The notes: generated by a model from the sequence alone, not told the origin. Counted from the stretch's first letter, positions 44,241 through 54,444 are shown. The stretch is 64,000 bases of DNA from an uncultured Actinomycetota bacterium (GCA_963743915.1 CAVURN010000005.1:256001-320000); one strand, 5' to 3'. A program made the numbers and translations.

Positions 44241-45257
44241 GCACCATCGAAGAGCAGCTGCAACGGGACATCTCGGCAGTAACCGGAGGTGTCGTCGTGA
44301 CGGATTCAGACCTGCGAGAAGCCCGGGCAGTCCATGGAGGATCGCATCGAGGCGACGGGCAGAGCGAGCCGTGATCGCACCTTTCTGGCAGCCGCCGCGG
44401 CGGCCGTAGTGGTTGCGGGCGCTGGCCTTCGCGGCGCTTCCAGGCGCTGTCCGAGGACGACGACACGGCGGTGCCGCCGGCCGGTGGCGAAGGTCCACCG
44501 ATGACTCTACGCGGACTTCCTGAACGGAGAGGCTCCGACGCACGAGAACTCATCGACGGGTTCTGGCGGGTCGACAACGGCAACCTCATGGTGCGGTTCC
44601 AGCAGGACGGAACCGTTCAGTTCTCCGACAAGGGCGCGGTCATCTCCGACCCCGTCACCATCGGAACCTACGAGATCGATGGGCGACACGATCACGGTGA
44701 CGCGTCCGATGCGCCTGGCTGCGTCAGCCCGGAGTGGACCATGCGCGCCGCACTATCCGCGAGCCGGGAGATCGCCAACCTCGTCCTGTCCGACTTGGAG
44801 TTCGGGACTGCGACAGCGTCGCATCGACGATCGTCCTGCACCAGGTCGTCCCGACGGGATCGATCCTCGCCGACATGGACAACTCCGGCTGTGCGTGGCT
44901 GGCAGGCGACGACCGACAGGAAGTGGCTCTTCGGCGACTGGATGGCGGAGGGCGGCGGCTACCTCCTGGAGACTCACCCAGGACGGGTCCTACTACGTCG
45001 TCGATGAGTCTGCTGACGTGGTCGACAACGGCCGCTGGCGGTTCCGCGAGCTCAGACGCTGGAGCTCTTCAGCCGGACCGAGTCGCCACAGTGCGACGAA
45101 GGCGACTCGCTCGTACTCGGCAACCTGGAGCAGGTCACCCCCGGCACCACCATGATTCGTGGGACCGTCGAGCAGAACGACTGCGGCGGGGGCTGGACAC
45201 CGCAGACGTGGATCCGGATCCCCGACACCAGCCCTTCGGACACCAGCGGCGAGCTAG
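44237..45257 (+). pseudogene. Multiply frameshifted anti-sigma-like membrane protein
   Basis: ATGA-coupled to the sigma gene; MSTIEEQLQRDI, Ala/Val TM, then segments hopping among frames (LIDGFWRVDNG.., LFGDWMAEGGGY.., NDCGGGW); end approximate. Confidence 0.6.
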
Positions 45258-45637
45258 TCGGCGAGCTGACCCAGCGGGTGCAGCAGACAGAACTCGTTTC
45301 CCTCGGGATCGGCCAGCACTGCCCACGGCGCATCGCCCTGCCCGACGTCGACTCGGACGGCACCGACATCGAGCAGGCGTTGCAGCTCAGCCTCGTGGTC
45401 ACCGTCGACCGGGCGCACGTCGACGTGCAGCCGCAGCTTCTGCAACTTGGCGTTTGTGCTCGGCACGAACACGAGGGTTGGTCCTTGCTGCTCCTCAGGT
45501 GAGGCACCGATCTCGACCTGGCCGTCGTAGCGGTCAAGAACCGACCAGCCCAGGACCTCGCACCAGAACGCAGCGAGGCCCTCGGGGTCACGAGCATCCA
45601 GGACGAGCTCGCTCAGTCGTGATGTCACATGAGTCAT
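45254..45637 (-). CDS. VOC family protein
   Basis: LDARDP..LAAFW..VLG, K.RLHVDV, W.VLADPEGNEFC. Confidence 0.92.
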   Translation of the reverse strand: MTHVTSRLSELVLDARDPEGLAAFWCEVLGWSVLDRYDGQVEIGASPEEQQGPTLVFVPSTNAKLQKLRLHVDVRPVDGDHEAELQRLLDVGAVRVDVGQGDAPWAVLADPEGNEFCLLHPLGQLAD

Positions 45638-45712
45638 GCTGCCAGGCAGCAGACAGGAGACAGGACCTGTCGGGGGTGCGGGTGTGGCGGCAGCGGTGGA
45701 CAGCCAACGATT

Positions 45713-45769
45713 GGCGAGTTGCTTGCGGTTTTGGGCCCCGTGATCCCCGAAAAGCGCAAGCAATCCGCC
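45713..45769. repeat. Imperfect long palindrome (REP-like or cbs terminator)
   Basis: ggcgagttgcttgcg-gttttggg ... cccgaaaag-cgcaagcaatccgcc. Confidence 0.6.
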
Positions 45770-45853
45770 GGTCTGGCCTTTCTCCACCGACGAGCATCCC
45801 GCTGACAGACATCGCCGCGCTGTGAGTCCTCCCAAGGGACACTCGGCGAGCCG

Positions 45854-47221
45854 TCAGGTCACCAGGAAGCCCAGCAGGTCCTGCCGGGTGAGCACTCCGA
45901 TCGGCTTGCCGTCCTCGAGCACCACCACGGCGTCGGCCTTCTCCAGCGCCGTCACCGCGGCGGTCGCCGGCTCGCCGGCACCGACGCCGGGGAGCGCGGG
46001 TGACATGTGGTCCTCGACCCGGTCGGAGAGCTTGGCGCGTCCGGTGAAGAGGGCATCGAGGAGGTCGCGCTCGAGCACGGAGCCGGCGACCTCTGCGGCC
46101 ATCACCGGGGGTTCGGCGCGCACGACCGGCATCTGCGAGACGCCGTACTCGCGGAGGATCTCGATCGCCTCGGCCAGCGTCTCATTCGGGTGCGTGTGCA
46201 CGAATGTCGGCAGATCCTCACCCTTCACCCGCAGCACATCGCCGACCGACTGGCTCTCGCCTTCCTCGGGCAGGAATCCGTACTGCCCGAGCCATTCGTC
46301 GTTGAAGACCTTCGACAGGTATCCGCGGCCGGAGTCGGGGAGCAGCACGACCACCAGGTCGTCCGGCGTCAGGCGCTGCGCCACCTGCACGGCGGCCACG
46401 ACCGCCATCCCGCACGATCCACCGACCAGCAGCCCTTCTTCACGGGCGAGCCGACGCGTCATGGCGAACGAGTCAGCGTCACTGACCGCGATGACTTCGT
46501 CGACGAGTGACGCGTCGTACGTCGTCGGCCAGAAGTCCTCACCGACACCTTCGACCAGGTACGGACGCCCCGTGCCCCCGGAGTAGACCGATCCCTCAGG
46601 GTCGGCACCGATGATCTGCACCCGGCCGTCGGAGACCTCCTTGAGGTAACGGCCGGTGCCGGTGATGGTGCCGCCGGTGCCGACGCCCGCGACGAAGTGC
46701 GTGATCGTGCCGTCGGTCTGACGCCACAGCTCCGGACCGGTCTGCTCGTAGTGGGACAACGGGTTGTTCTCGTTGGAGTACTGGTCCGGCTTCCAGGCGC
46801 CAGGGATGTCACGTGCCAACCGGTCGCTGACGTTGTAGTACGAGTCCGGGTGCTCAGGTGGCACGGCGGTCGGGCAGACGACGACCTCGGCGCCGTACGC
46901 CTTGAGCACGTTGATCTTGTCCTGGCTGACCTTGTCGGGGACGACGAAGACACACGAGTAGCCGCGCTGCTGCGCCACCATCGCGAGACCCACGCCGGTG
47001 TTGCCCGACGTCGGCTCGACGATCGTGCCTCCGGGTTCCAGCAGGCCCTCGCGCTCGGCCGCGTCCACCATGCGGAGCGCGATCCGGTCCTTGACCGACC
47101 CGCCGGGGTTGAAGTACTCGACCTTCGCGTACACCGGCGCCGCGGCGCCTTCGGTGACCTTGTGCAGGCGGACGAGCGGCGTGTTGCCGATCAGCTCGAT
47201 GACTGAGTCGTAGGTCTCCAC
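45854..47221 (-). CDS. cbs: Cystathionine beta-synthase
   Basis: NPGGSVKDR, PTSGNTG, GVGTGGT, PDSGRGY; C-terminal CBS domains. Confidence 0.96.
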   Translation of the reverse strand: METYDSVIELIGNTPLVRLHKVTEGAAAPVYAKVEYFNPGGSVKDRIALRMVDAAEREGLLEPGGTIVEPTSGNTGVGLAMVAQQRGYSCVFVVPDKVSQDKINVLKAYGAEVVVCPTAVPPEHPDSYYNVSDRLARDIPGAWKPDQYSNENNPLSHYEQTGPELWRQTDGTITHFVAGVGTGGTITGTGRYLKEVSDGRVQIIGADPEGSVYSGGTGRPYLVEGVGEDFWPTTYDASLVDEVIAVSDADSFAMTRRLAREEGLLVGGSCGMAVVAAVQVAQRLTPDDLVVVLLPDSGRGYLSKVFNDEWLGQYGFLPEEGESQSVGDVLRVKGEDLPTFVHTHPNETLAEAIEILREYGVSQMPVVRAEPPVMAAEVAGSVLERDLLDALFTGRAKLSDRVEDHMSPALPGVGAGEPATAAVTALEKADAVVVLEDGKPIGVLTRQDLLGFLVT

Positions 47222-47243
47222 AAGGGTCAGCCTACGGCCGGCC

Positions 47244-47549
47244 CTACTCGAGCCATTCGGCGTCCGGTGCCTGCTCGTGCATGCCTCCGGCCTCGTCGCG
47301 GTCGCGGCGGACCGCGAGGAGCACGTAGCCGAAGGCGGCGCCGGTCAGCGCCACCGTGCCGAGCACCATGAGGACCTGGGCGGCAAGCGCCACCCCGAAG
47401 CCATCCATCATGAATGAGCGGCCGCGTCCACCCTCGAACTGCACCCACTGCAGCAGGGTCGAGGCGACCAGGGCGCCGAGCCCTCCGAGCAGCAGTCCCC
47501 GTGACAGCTTCGACAGGTGGGAGGCCGACTTCGTCAGGGGCTCGTCCAT
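47244..47549 (-). CDS. Small two-TM hypothetical protein
   Basis: Two hydrophobic stretches; fills the cbs-SGNH gap. Confidence 0.6.
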   Translation of the reverse strand: MDEPLTKSASHLSKLSRGLLLGGLGALVASTLLQWVQFEGGRGRSFMMDGFGVALAAQVLMVLGTVALTGAAFGYVLLAVRRDRDEAGGMHEQAPDAEWLE

Positions 47550-47655
47550 GCGGTCACGATAGCCCGCTGGCGGGAGATGATCGGGCTCGCCGGACCTGAC
47601 GGCGGGGTCGATTACGGTAGATCATCGACGATCCACAAGCGCTTCGGGAGGCGAC

Positions 47656-48627
47656 ATGACACGCGCCAGCCGCGCGCGCGCGATCGCCTCGGCTGCGGCC
47701 GTCGGGGGCGCCGGCCTGGTGGGTGCCGGCGGCGCCGTCTACGGCCTCCTGCTCGGTCAATCGCGTCTGGCCCGCCGCCGGATCGGCGAGCCACAGGAGG
47801 AGCCGCTCGACGCCGACGGGGTCTACGGCAACGGTGACGCGCCGATCCGCCTGGTGGTGCTGGGCGACTCCGGGGCGGCAGGCTTCGGTGTCGAGCACCC
47901 CGAGCAGACCACCGGGGCGGTGATCGCGGGCGAGCTGGCGGCCGCGACCGGACGCCCGGTGCAGCTGCGCACGCACGCCCAGGTCGGGGCGCAGAGCGGT
48001 GACCTGCAGGCACAGATCGACCTGATCGAGCCCCCGTGGCCCGACCTCGCGGTCATCGCGGTCGGTGCCAATGACGTCACCCACCGGGTGACCCCAGGCC
48101 GGTCGGTGGCCCTGCTGTCGGCGGCGATCGGGCGTCTGCGTGAGCACGGCGTCGCGGTGGTGGTCGGCACCTGCCCCGACCTCGGGACCGTTCGTCCCAT
48201 CCCGCACCCGTTGAAGTGGGTGGCTCGCCGCTGGAGCCGCTCGCTGGCCGCCGCCCAGACCGTGGCGGCGGTGGCCGCCGGTGCCCGCAGCGTCGCCCTC
48301 GCCGACCTGCTGGGTGCCGAGTTCGCGGCGCATCCCGACACGATGTTCGGCCCCGACCAGTTCCACCCGTCCCCCGCCGGCTACCGAGCATTCGCCTTGG
48401 CGCTCGCGCCCAGCCTCGTCGAGGCGCTCACCGAGCCTGCGCCTGGCCTGGTCGACCCGGCGTCCCGCGAGCTGGCCCGCGTCGCCGCCGAGGCCGCCGA
48501 GGTCGCGGGCGCCGAGGTCAGCGCCGAGCAGGGCTCGAGGGCGCGGCGGCTGCTGCGCCTGCGACGTCCCGCGTCCCCCGCCGACGACTCTGCCGACGAC
48601 TCCGCCGCCAGCGAGCCGTTGCCCTAG
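47656..48627 (+). CDS. SGNH/GDSL hydrolase (Rv1075c-like)
   Basis: LGDS, VGA, GANDV, DQFHP; GGAGG RBS; synteny with cbs. Confidence 0.92.
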   Translation: MTRASRARAIASAAAVGGAGLVGAGGAVYGLLLGQSRLARRRIGEPQEEPLDADGVYGNGDAPIRLVVLGDSGAAGFGVEHPEQTTGAVIAGELAAATGRPVQLRTHAQVGAQSGDLQAQIDLIEPPWPDLAVIAVGANDVTHRVTPGRSVALLSAAIGRLREHGVAVVVGTCPDLGTVRPIPHPLKWVARRWSRSLAAAQTVAAVAAGARSVALADLLGAEFAAHPDTMFGPDQFHPSPAGYRAFALALAPSLVEALTEPAPGLVDPASRELARVAAEAAEVAGAEVSAEQGSRARRLLRLRRPASPADDSADDSAASEPLP

Positions 48628-48935
48628 AGGCGGTCCCGCAGCCGCCGGACGCGCTCCTGCCACGGCTCGAGAGGCGCCTCCCCCTGCTCGACGCGCTCGA
48701 GGAACTCCCGTCCCACCACCGCCAGCTGGTCTCCGCTGGCCAACGGATGCAGGCGCGGCACCGGCTCAGGCGTCCCGGACGCGGCAGCGGCCCAGGCGGC
48801 CAAGGCGTGGCACTCGGCCGCGACCGACCCCGCGGAGAGTCCGTCGTCAGCACGGGTGAGCCGGGCCTCGGACATCGATCGGAGACGGTCCACCACCCGC
48901 TCGAGCACCTCGCGGTCAGCGCTCACGTCGGACAC
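48624..48935 (-). CDS. Hypothetical protein
   Basis: VVDRLRSMSEARL...VPRL..LA.GDQLAVVGRE; TAGCGT -10 box before the GTG. Confidence 0.65.
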   Translation of the reverse strand: MSDVSADREVLERVVDRLRSMSEARLTRADDGLSAGSVAAECHALAAWAAAASGTPEPVPRLHPLASGDQLAVVGREFLERVEQGEAPLEPWQERVRRLRDRL

Positions 48936-49033
48936 GCTCCGCACGCTATCTCGGGACCTTCGGGCTCTTGCGGAGCCCCGATGGGTCGGGCACCGTAGAG
49001 GCCACCTTCGACGTTCAGACCTTGGGAGTCGCC

Positions 49034-49267
49034 ATGTCCTCTCTGCACCACTCCGAAGAGACCCACACGAACCTCGTGACCCGGCTGCCCCAGGCGACCG
49101 GGCGCACGATGGACGAGTGGTTCCAGGTGGTGCAGGACGGCCCGGCGCTCACCAGGTTCGAGGAACGCGTGCACTGGTTGCAGGACGAGCACGAGGTGTC
49201 CCACGGCTACGCCACGGCGATCGTCCACGAGTACGACAAGCGACGCGCAGCGCGTCGCGTGCAGTAG
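49034..49267 (+). CDS. DUF4287 domain protein
   Basis: HSEETH.NL..R.P..TGR, WL.DEH..SHGYATAIVHE. Confidence 0.85.
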   Translation: MSSLHHSEETHTNLVTRLPQATGRTMDEWFQVVQDGPALTRFEERVHWLQDEHEVSHGYATAIVHEYDKRRAARRVQ

Positions 49268-49274
49268 GCCTCCG

Positions 49275-50120
49275 TCAGTCGGAGTTGAGGATCGCCAGGA
49301 AGCGCAGGATCTCGAGGTACAGCCAGACCAGTGTGACGACCAGGCCGAGGGCAGCGCGCCACGACTCACGCTCGGGTACGCCGAGCGCGACGGCCTGCTC
49401 GATCGCGTCGAAGTCGAGAACCAGGGAGAACGAGGCGAGGGCTACACCGGCGATGCAGAGCAGGAGGCCGAGACCGCCGACTCCGAAGAAGCCCCAGCCG
49501 TCACCGACGCCGAAGAACGAGCTGATGAGGCTCACGACGGCGATGCCGAGGTAGGCGAGCATCGCGCCCATCATCATCTTCTTGAAGCGACCGGTGACCT
49601 TGATGATGCGGGTGCCGTACAGGAAGAGCATGGCGACGAACGCCCCGAACGTGCCGATCACTGCCTGAATGACGATGTTCGTCGGCTCCTGCCCGGAGGC
49701 AAGGTTGCTCTGGTTGACGTACTCCTGCAGCCAGTAGCTGAATCCCCCGATCACGACGCCCTCGAGCGCCGCGTACGCCAGCACGGCGACGGGCTGGACC
49801 TGCTTGGCCATGACCTGCCAGATGGCCAGGACGGTGGCCGCGATCATCGCGATCAGGACGATGCCGAAGCCGACCTGCATGGTCCAGGCCACCCAGGCCG
49901 TGGCGAGCAAAGGCACGAACATCGCCGCCGTCTTCACGACGACGTCGGTGACGGTCATCGGTGCACCCACCGGCGCAGCAACAGCGGGCGGTGCCGGTGG
50001 GACGTCGTACCCCGCTGGTGCCTCCGTCGTTGCAGTGGCGGTCGCGCCGAAACCTGCGTATCCACCGTTGCGCTTGGCGTCCTGCTCCATGCGCGCGATC
50101 ACTGGGTTGCGTGATTCCAT
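49275..50120 (-). CDS. Bax inhibitor-1/YccA family membrane protein
   Basis: MESRNP, MTV.DVVVKT, LVLDFD.IE, GL.VTLVWLYLEILR. Confidence 0.93.
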   Translation of the reverse strand: MESRNPVIARMEQDAKRNGGYAGFGATATATTEAPAGYDVPPAPPAVAAPVGAPMTVTDVVVKTAAMFVPLLATAWVAWTMQVGFGIVLIAMIAATVLAIWQVMAKQVQPVAVLAYAALEGVVIGGFSYWLQEYVNQSNLASGQEPTNIVIQAVIGTFGAFVAMLFLYGTRIIKVTGRFKKMMMGAMLAYLGIAVVSLISSFFGVGDGWGFFGVGGLGLLLCIAGVALASFSLVLDFDAIEQAVALGVPERESWRAALGLVVTLVWLYLEILRFLAILNSD

Positions 50121-50225
50121 CCGGACCGATCGTCCCCTTCGTGTGGCCGACGTGCGTAGGACAAGCGTAACCGACTTCGGGTGTGGGGGCGTCCTCGCGC
50201 CCTGAGGTCACCGGAGTCACCCAGG

Positions 50226-50307
50226 TGCCCGGAGTGGGACTCGAACCCACACGCCTTGCGGCAGACCATTTTAAGTGGTCCGCGGCTGCCAGTTACGCCA
50301 TCCGGGC
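50226..50307 (-). tRNA. tRNA-Leu (UAA), bldA/leuX-type
   Basis: GCCCGGA/TCCGGGC acceptor stem; anticodon arm GACCA-CTTAAAA-TGGTC; long variable arm; GTTCGAG T-loop; CCA not fully encoded. Confidence 0.96.
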
Positions 50308-50329
50308 GACCGTTCCAGGCTAGTGGGCG

Positions 50330-51682
50330 TCAGGCGGCGGGGGGTGCCTTGGGCTCGGCCGGGCTCGCCGCCTGCTGGAACTCGGTGAAGGGCTCGTGCA
50401 TCGACCAGAGCGAGACGATCTCGCGCTTGAAGAACAGCGCCATCGTCCAGTCGACGATCACGCGGGTCTTCCGGTTGAGCGTCGGCACCCGACTCATGTG
50501 ATACGTCCGGTGCATGAACCAGGCCAGGACGCCCTTGAGCTTGATGCCGTAGACGTTGGCGACGCCCTTGTACAGCCCAAGGCCGGCGACCGACCCCACG
50601 TACTTGTGCTTGTACTCGTGCAGCGGGAACCCGCGCAGGGCGGCGACGATGTTGTCGGCCAGGACCTTCGACTGGCGGACGGCGTGCTGTGCGTTGGGAG
50701 CGCACTCGGTGCCCTCGGGCATGGTCAGGTCCGGCACCGCCACCGCGTCGCCGGCACCCCAAGCGTTCTCGGTCCCGGACACGCGGAGGGTGGCGTCCGC
50801 CACCAGACGCCCGCGCTCGGTGAGCGGCAGGTCGGTGCTGGCCAGCACCGGGTGGGCCTTGACCCCCGCGGTCCACACCACCGTCTCGGAGTCGAACTCG
50901 GTGCCGTCGGACAGGACGACGTGTCCGCCCACGCACGACTCGAGCCGCGTCTGCAGCTTGACGTCGATACCCCGCTTGCGCAGCTGCTCGAGCGTCCAGA
51001 CGCCCATCTCGGGTCCGACCTCCGGCAGGATCGCGTCCGCCGCCTCCACCAGGTGGAACTTGACGTCGTCCGGCTCGATCGAGTGGTAGTAGCGCGTGGC
51101 GTAGCGCGCCATGTCCTCCAGCTCCGCCAGCGCCTCGACACCCGCGAACCCACCACCGACGACGACCACGTGCAGGTTGCGTGCGCGGATCTCCGGACTG
51201 TGCGTCGACTCGGCGATGTCGAGGCACTCCAGAACGCGGTTGCGCAGCTGGATGGCTTCCTCGACCGTCTTGAAGCCGGTCGCCCACTCGGCCAGGCCGG
51301 GGATCGGCAGCGTCCGTGAGACCGAGCCGACCGCGATGACGATGTGCTCGTACTCCAGCGTGTAGGGCTCCCCCTCGAGCGGCTGGATGGTCGCGACGCG
51401 CTCGGCGTGACGGACCTCGGTCACCTTGCCCGTGAGGATCTCGGCCCCACGCAGCACTCGGCGCAGAGGCACCACCACGTGACGCGGTGACACCGCACCG
51501 GCAGCGGCCTCGGGAAGGAACGGCTGGTACGTCATGTACGAGTGCGGGTTCACGACAGTGACGACCGCCTCGTCGTCGTGAAGCTTCTTCAGCAGCCGGA
51601 GAGCCGTGTACAGGCCGACGTAGCCGCCTCCCACGATCAGGATGCGAGGCCTGGGGGGGCGGGTGATCGGTGCGGCGCTCAT
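50330..51682 (-). CDS. Type II NADH dehydrogenase-like flavoprotein
   Basis: GGGYVG, YQPFLPE, GGGFAGVE, WTAGV, AGDA, PNAQHA. Confidence 0.92.
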   Translation of the reverse strand: MSAAPITRPPRPRILIVGGGYVGLYTALRLLKKLHDDEAVVTVVNPHSYMTYQPFLPEAAAGAVSPRHVVVPLRRVLRGAEILTGKVTEVRHAERVATIQPLEGEPYTLEYEHIVIAVGSVSRTLPIPGLAEWATGFKTVEEAIQLRNRVLECLDIAESTHSPEIRARNLHVVVVGGGFAGVEALAELEDMARYATRYYHSIEPDDVKFHLVEAADAILPEVGPEMGVWTLEQLRKRGIDVKLQTRLESCVGGHVVLSDGTEFDSETVVWTAGVKAHPVLASTDLPLTERGRLVADATLRVSGTENAWGAGDAVAVPDLTMPEGTECAPNAQHAVRQSKVLADNIVAALRGFPLHEYKHKYVGSVAGLGLYKGVANVYGIKLKGVLAWFMHRTYHMSRVPTLNRKTRVIVDWTMALFFKREIVSLWSMHEPFTEFQQAASPAEPKAPPAA

Positions 51683-51773
51683 GGCACGAGGGTAGGCACC
51701 GGCCCTGGTCCGCTGGCTAGCCGCAGCGGCAAAATCTTGAGGTCAAGTTGTTCTCGACGACCGTGTGGGCGCG

Positions 51774-52499
51774 TCAGAGTTCCGCCAGCACGCGTGCGCG
51801 GGCAAAGATCTCGTCGAGCATCGGTGCCGTGAGACGCCCAGTGAAGGTGTTCTGTTGGCTCGGATGGAACGAGCCCAGCAACGTGACCCTTCCCAGCCCG
51901 ACCTCGGCCCCGTGGCTGAACCGCGGACGGGGCCGGGGCACGCTCTCGCCCGCCCGCGCCAGTGCGCCGAGTCCGGCCGTCCAGCCGAACGCCCCGAGGG
52001 CGACGACGACCCGGACGCCGGGCAGCAGCCGCAGCTCGGCGTCCAACCACGGGGCGCAGGTGTCCCGCTCGAGCGGAGTTGGTTGGTTGGCGGGCGGCGC
52101 GCACCGCACCGCAGCCGTGATGCGGACCCCCGAGAGCGCGAGGCCGTCACCGACGGACACCGAGGTCGCCTGGTTCGCCAACCCGGCCCGGTGGAGGGCG
52201 GCATAGAGCCAGTCACCGCTGCGGTCCCCCGTGAACATGCGGCCGGTGCGGTTCGCTCCATGTGCCGCGGGCGCGAGACCGACCACGAGGATGGACGCGT
52301 CCGCATCGCCGAAGCCCGGCACGGGGCGTCCCCAGTAGTCGTCGGCGGCGAAGGCCCTGCGCTTCTCACGCGCCACCCTCTCGCGCCACTGCACCAGCCG
52401 AGGGCACGCGCGGCACCCCGTCACGCGCTCGTCGAGCTCGGCCAACGACGCAGCGGTGGCGGCTTCGCGGATGACGTCGCCGACAGAGCTGGGCGTCAC
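51774..52499 (-). CDS. udgB: Family 5 uracil-DNA glycosylase
   Basis: [39 protein letters not shown]; GTGA overlap. Confidence 0.93.
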   Translation of the reverse strand: MTPSSVGDVIREAATAASLAELDERVTGCRACPRLVQWRERVAREKRRAFAADDYWGRPVPGFGDADASILVVGLAPAAHGANRTGRMFTGDRSGDWLYAALHRAGLANQATSVSVGDGLALSGVRITAAVRCAPPANQPTPLERDTCAPWLDAELRLLPGVRVVVALGAFGWTAGLGALARAGESVPRPRPRFSHGAEVGLGRVTLLGSFHPSQQNTFTGRLTAPMLDEIFARARVLAEL

Positions 52500-53185
52500 G
52501 CCGAGAGGCGTTGATGCAGGAACTCGACGGTGCGGTCCCACGCCAGTGCCGAAGCAGCCGCGTCGTGGACCTCGGGTCGGTCGTCGTTGAAGAACGCGTG
52601 GTGCGTGCCGGGGTAGTCGAAGATCTCGACGGTTCCACCCGCACCCAGGATCGCGGAACGCGCCTGCTGGATGCCGGACGCCGCCGAGGTGCCGTCCTCC
52701 TCCGAGCAGTGGATCATCGCCGCTTTGCCCTCGTAGTTCGGCCACTTCGGCTCCATGCGCTCCCACGGCAACGCCGGGTAGAAGGCGACCGCGGCGGTGA
52801 GCTGCGGAGCCAGTGTCCCTGCCCACAGGGCAAGGGAACCGCCCATGCAGAAGCCGACGGCGCCGATGGCGTTTCCGTTGGTGGGGTCGCTCTCGAAGAG
52901 GAACTGTGCGGCACCGGCGATGTCCTTGGCGGCCGGATCCATCGCGAGCGCCATCATCATGCGCATGGCCTCGTCCGGCTCGGTCGTCTTGGCCCCGTGG
53001 TACAGGTCGGGAGCCAGCGCCACGAAACCTGCCTCCGCGAACCGGTCGACCACGTTCTCGATGTGCGGCACCAGGCCCCACCACTCCTGGATCACGACGA
53101 TTCCCGGTCCCCGCCCGGACGCCGGGACCGCGAAGGCTCCCCCACAGGTGCCGCCGTTGCTCGAGAACGTCACTCGGTCGGCCAT
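52496..53185 (-). CDS. Dienelactone hydrolase family protein
   Basis: IQEWWGL, APDLY, GFCMGG, HAFFND; GGAGG RBS. Confidence 0.94.
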   Translation of the reverse strand: MADRVTFSSNGGTCGGAFAVPASGRGPGIVVIQEWWGLVPHIENVVDRFAEAGFVALAPDLYHGAKTTEPDEAMRMMMALAMDPAAKDIAGAAQFLFESDPTNGNAIGAVGFCMGGSLALWAGTLAPQLTAAVAFYPALPWERMEPKWPNYEGKAAMIHCSEEDGTSAASGIQQARSAILGAGGTVEIFDYPGTHHAFFNDDRPEVHDAAASALAWDRTVEFLHQRLSA

Positions 53186-53206
53186 CGGCCCTCCTGGTCT
53201 GACCCA

Positions 53207-53290
53207 GCGGTGCTGGACCCGTGCTGAACGCGGTGCCGGACACCCTGCTGGGTGCGGGTGCCGGACGCGGTGCTGGACGCGGTGCTGGAG
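53207..53290. repeat. Degenerate tandem repeat, about 7 x 12 nt (gcggtgctggac)
   Basis: Units start at 53207, 53219, 53230, 53242, 53254, 53267, 53279. Confidence 0.75.
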
Positions 53291-53344
53291 GAAAGGTACC
53301 GGGTGAGCCGGTCCCTGCCGAGGCCTCGCCCACCCCCACCCCAG

Positions 53345-53463
53345 CGGGTGCCCTGTGACACCGCCTGCAATCAATGAAGGTTTCGGGGTACCCACGGCTC
53401 AGAGGCCGACGTGATGGTGTGGCGATTCCTTCAATCAATGAAGGCGGTGTCACAGGGCACCCG
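53345..53463. repeat. REP-doublet (REPIN)/MITE-like element
   Basis: Perfect 22-bp terminal inverted repeats cgggtgccctgtgacaccgcct; each end carries a cct(g/t)ca-atcaa-tgaagg hairpin. Confidence 0.8.
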
Positions 53464-53501
53464 AAACCGGGGGTCAGCGGTGTCGCCCGAACCGCCGAGG
53501 G

Positions 53502-54444
53502 TCAGGGCGCGAGGGAGGCGGCGATGCCGTCGAGGATGTCGCGCTCGCTCACCAGCACCTCCGGAACGCCGCAGTAGGCCACCACCGCCGACAGCACCAG
53601 CGAGCCTGCCGCGATCACGTCGACCCGCCCGGGGTGGATCACCGGGTTGGCTGCCCGCTTCTCCCGCGTGGAGTAGAGCAGCTCTTCGCAGACGCGGTGC
53701 ACATCGGCTGCGGTGATCACCGCACCGTGGATCCTGGCGGAGTCGTACTCCCACATCCCCATCGCCAGCGCAGCCACCGTGGTGACCGACCCGGCCAGGC
53801 CGACCAGGGTCGCAGCCTGTCGCAGCGGAACCGTCGTGGCCGCCTCACGAATCGCGGCATCGATGTCGTCACGCGCCGCAGCCACCTCACCCGGCCAGGG
53901 CGGGTCGGTCACGAAGTGGCGCTCGGTCATGCGCACGCATCCGACGTCCACGGACGCGGACGCGGTGGGCTCACGTCCCGGCTCACCCATCACGAACTCG
54001 GTCGATCCACCACCGATGTCGACCACCAGGCAAGGCGGGGCGGCAGTGACGATGTCGAGGTCGCGCGTGGCGCCCGCGAACGAGAGGGCGGCTTCCTCCG
54101 CACCCGAGATCACCTCCGGCTCGACCCCGAGTCGCCCCCGGATGCCCGACACGAAGACATCCCGGTTGTCGGCATCACGGGTGGCGGACGTCGCGACGAA
54201 TCGCAGGGCATCGCGCTCCCGTCGACTCGATGATCCCGGCGTACTCCTCCACCGCTGCGAAGGTCCTCTCGAGCGCCGCCTCGGACAGGTGACCCGTGGC
54301 GTCCACCCCCTCCCCGAGGCGGACGATGCGCATCTCCCGCGCGACGTCGACCAGGAGTCCCGACCTGTCGTCCACCTCGACGACCAGCAGGCGGACAGAG
54401 TTGGTGCCGCAGTCGATCGCGGCGACGCGCCGCGCGCCGCTCAC
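53502..54444 (-). CDS. ppx: Ppx/GppA phosphatase (Ppx2-like), +1 frameshift near 54213
   Basis: AAIDCGTNSVRL, IVRLGEGVD, then after the shift RFVATSATRDA, DIGGGSTE, SERDILDG. Confidence 0.92.

Noticed and set aside
50200-50330. tRNA-Leu as an attB site for an island or prophage
   Set aside because: No integrase and no duplicated tRNA 3' end seen; flanks are the usual core neighbours
51774-53453. Long N-terminal extensions in the ORF track (udgB 559 aa; also eno 635 aa, MCP 908 aa, yyaL 749 aa)
   Set aside because: The extensions overlap neighbouring genes; RBS, -10 boxes or stop-start overlaps support the shorter starts
53207-53463. Possible CRISPR array
   Set aside because: Units are about 12 nt with no spacers; the longer repeats are inverted; no cas genes
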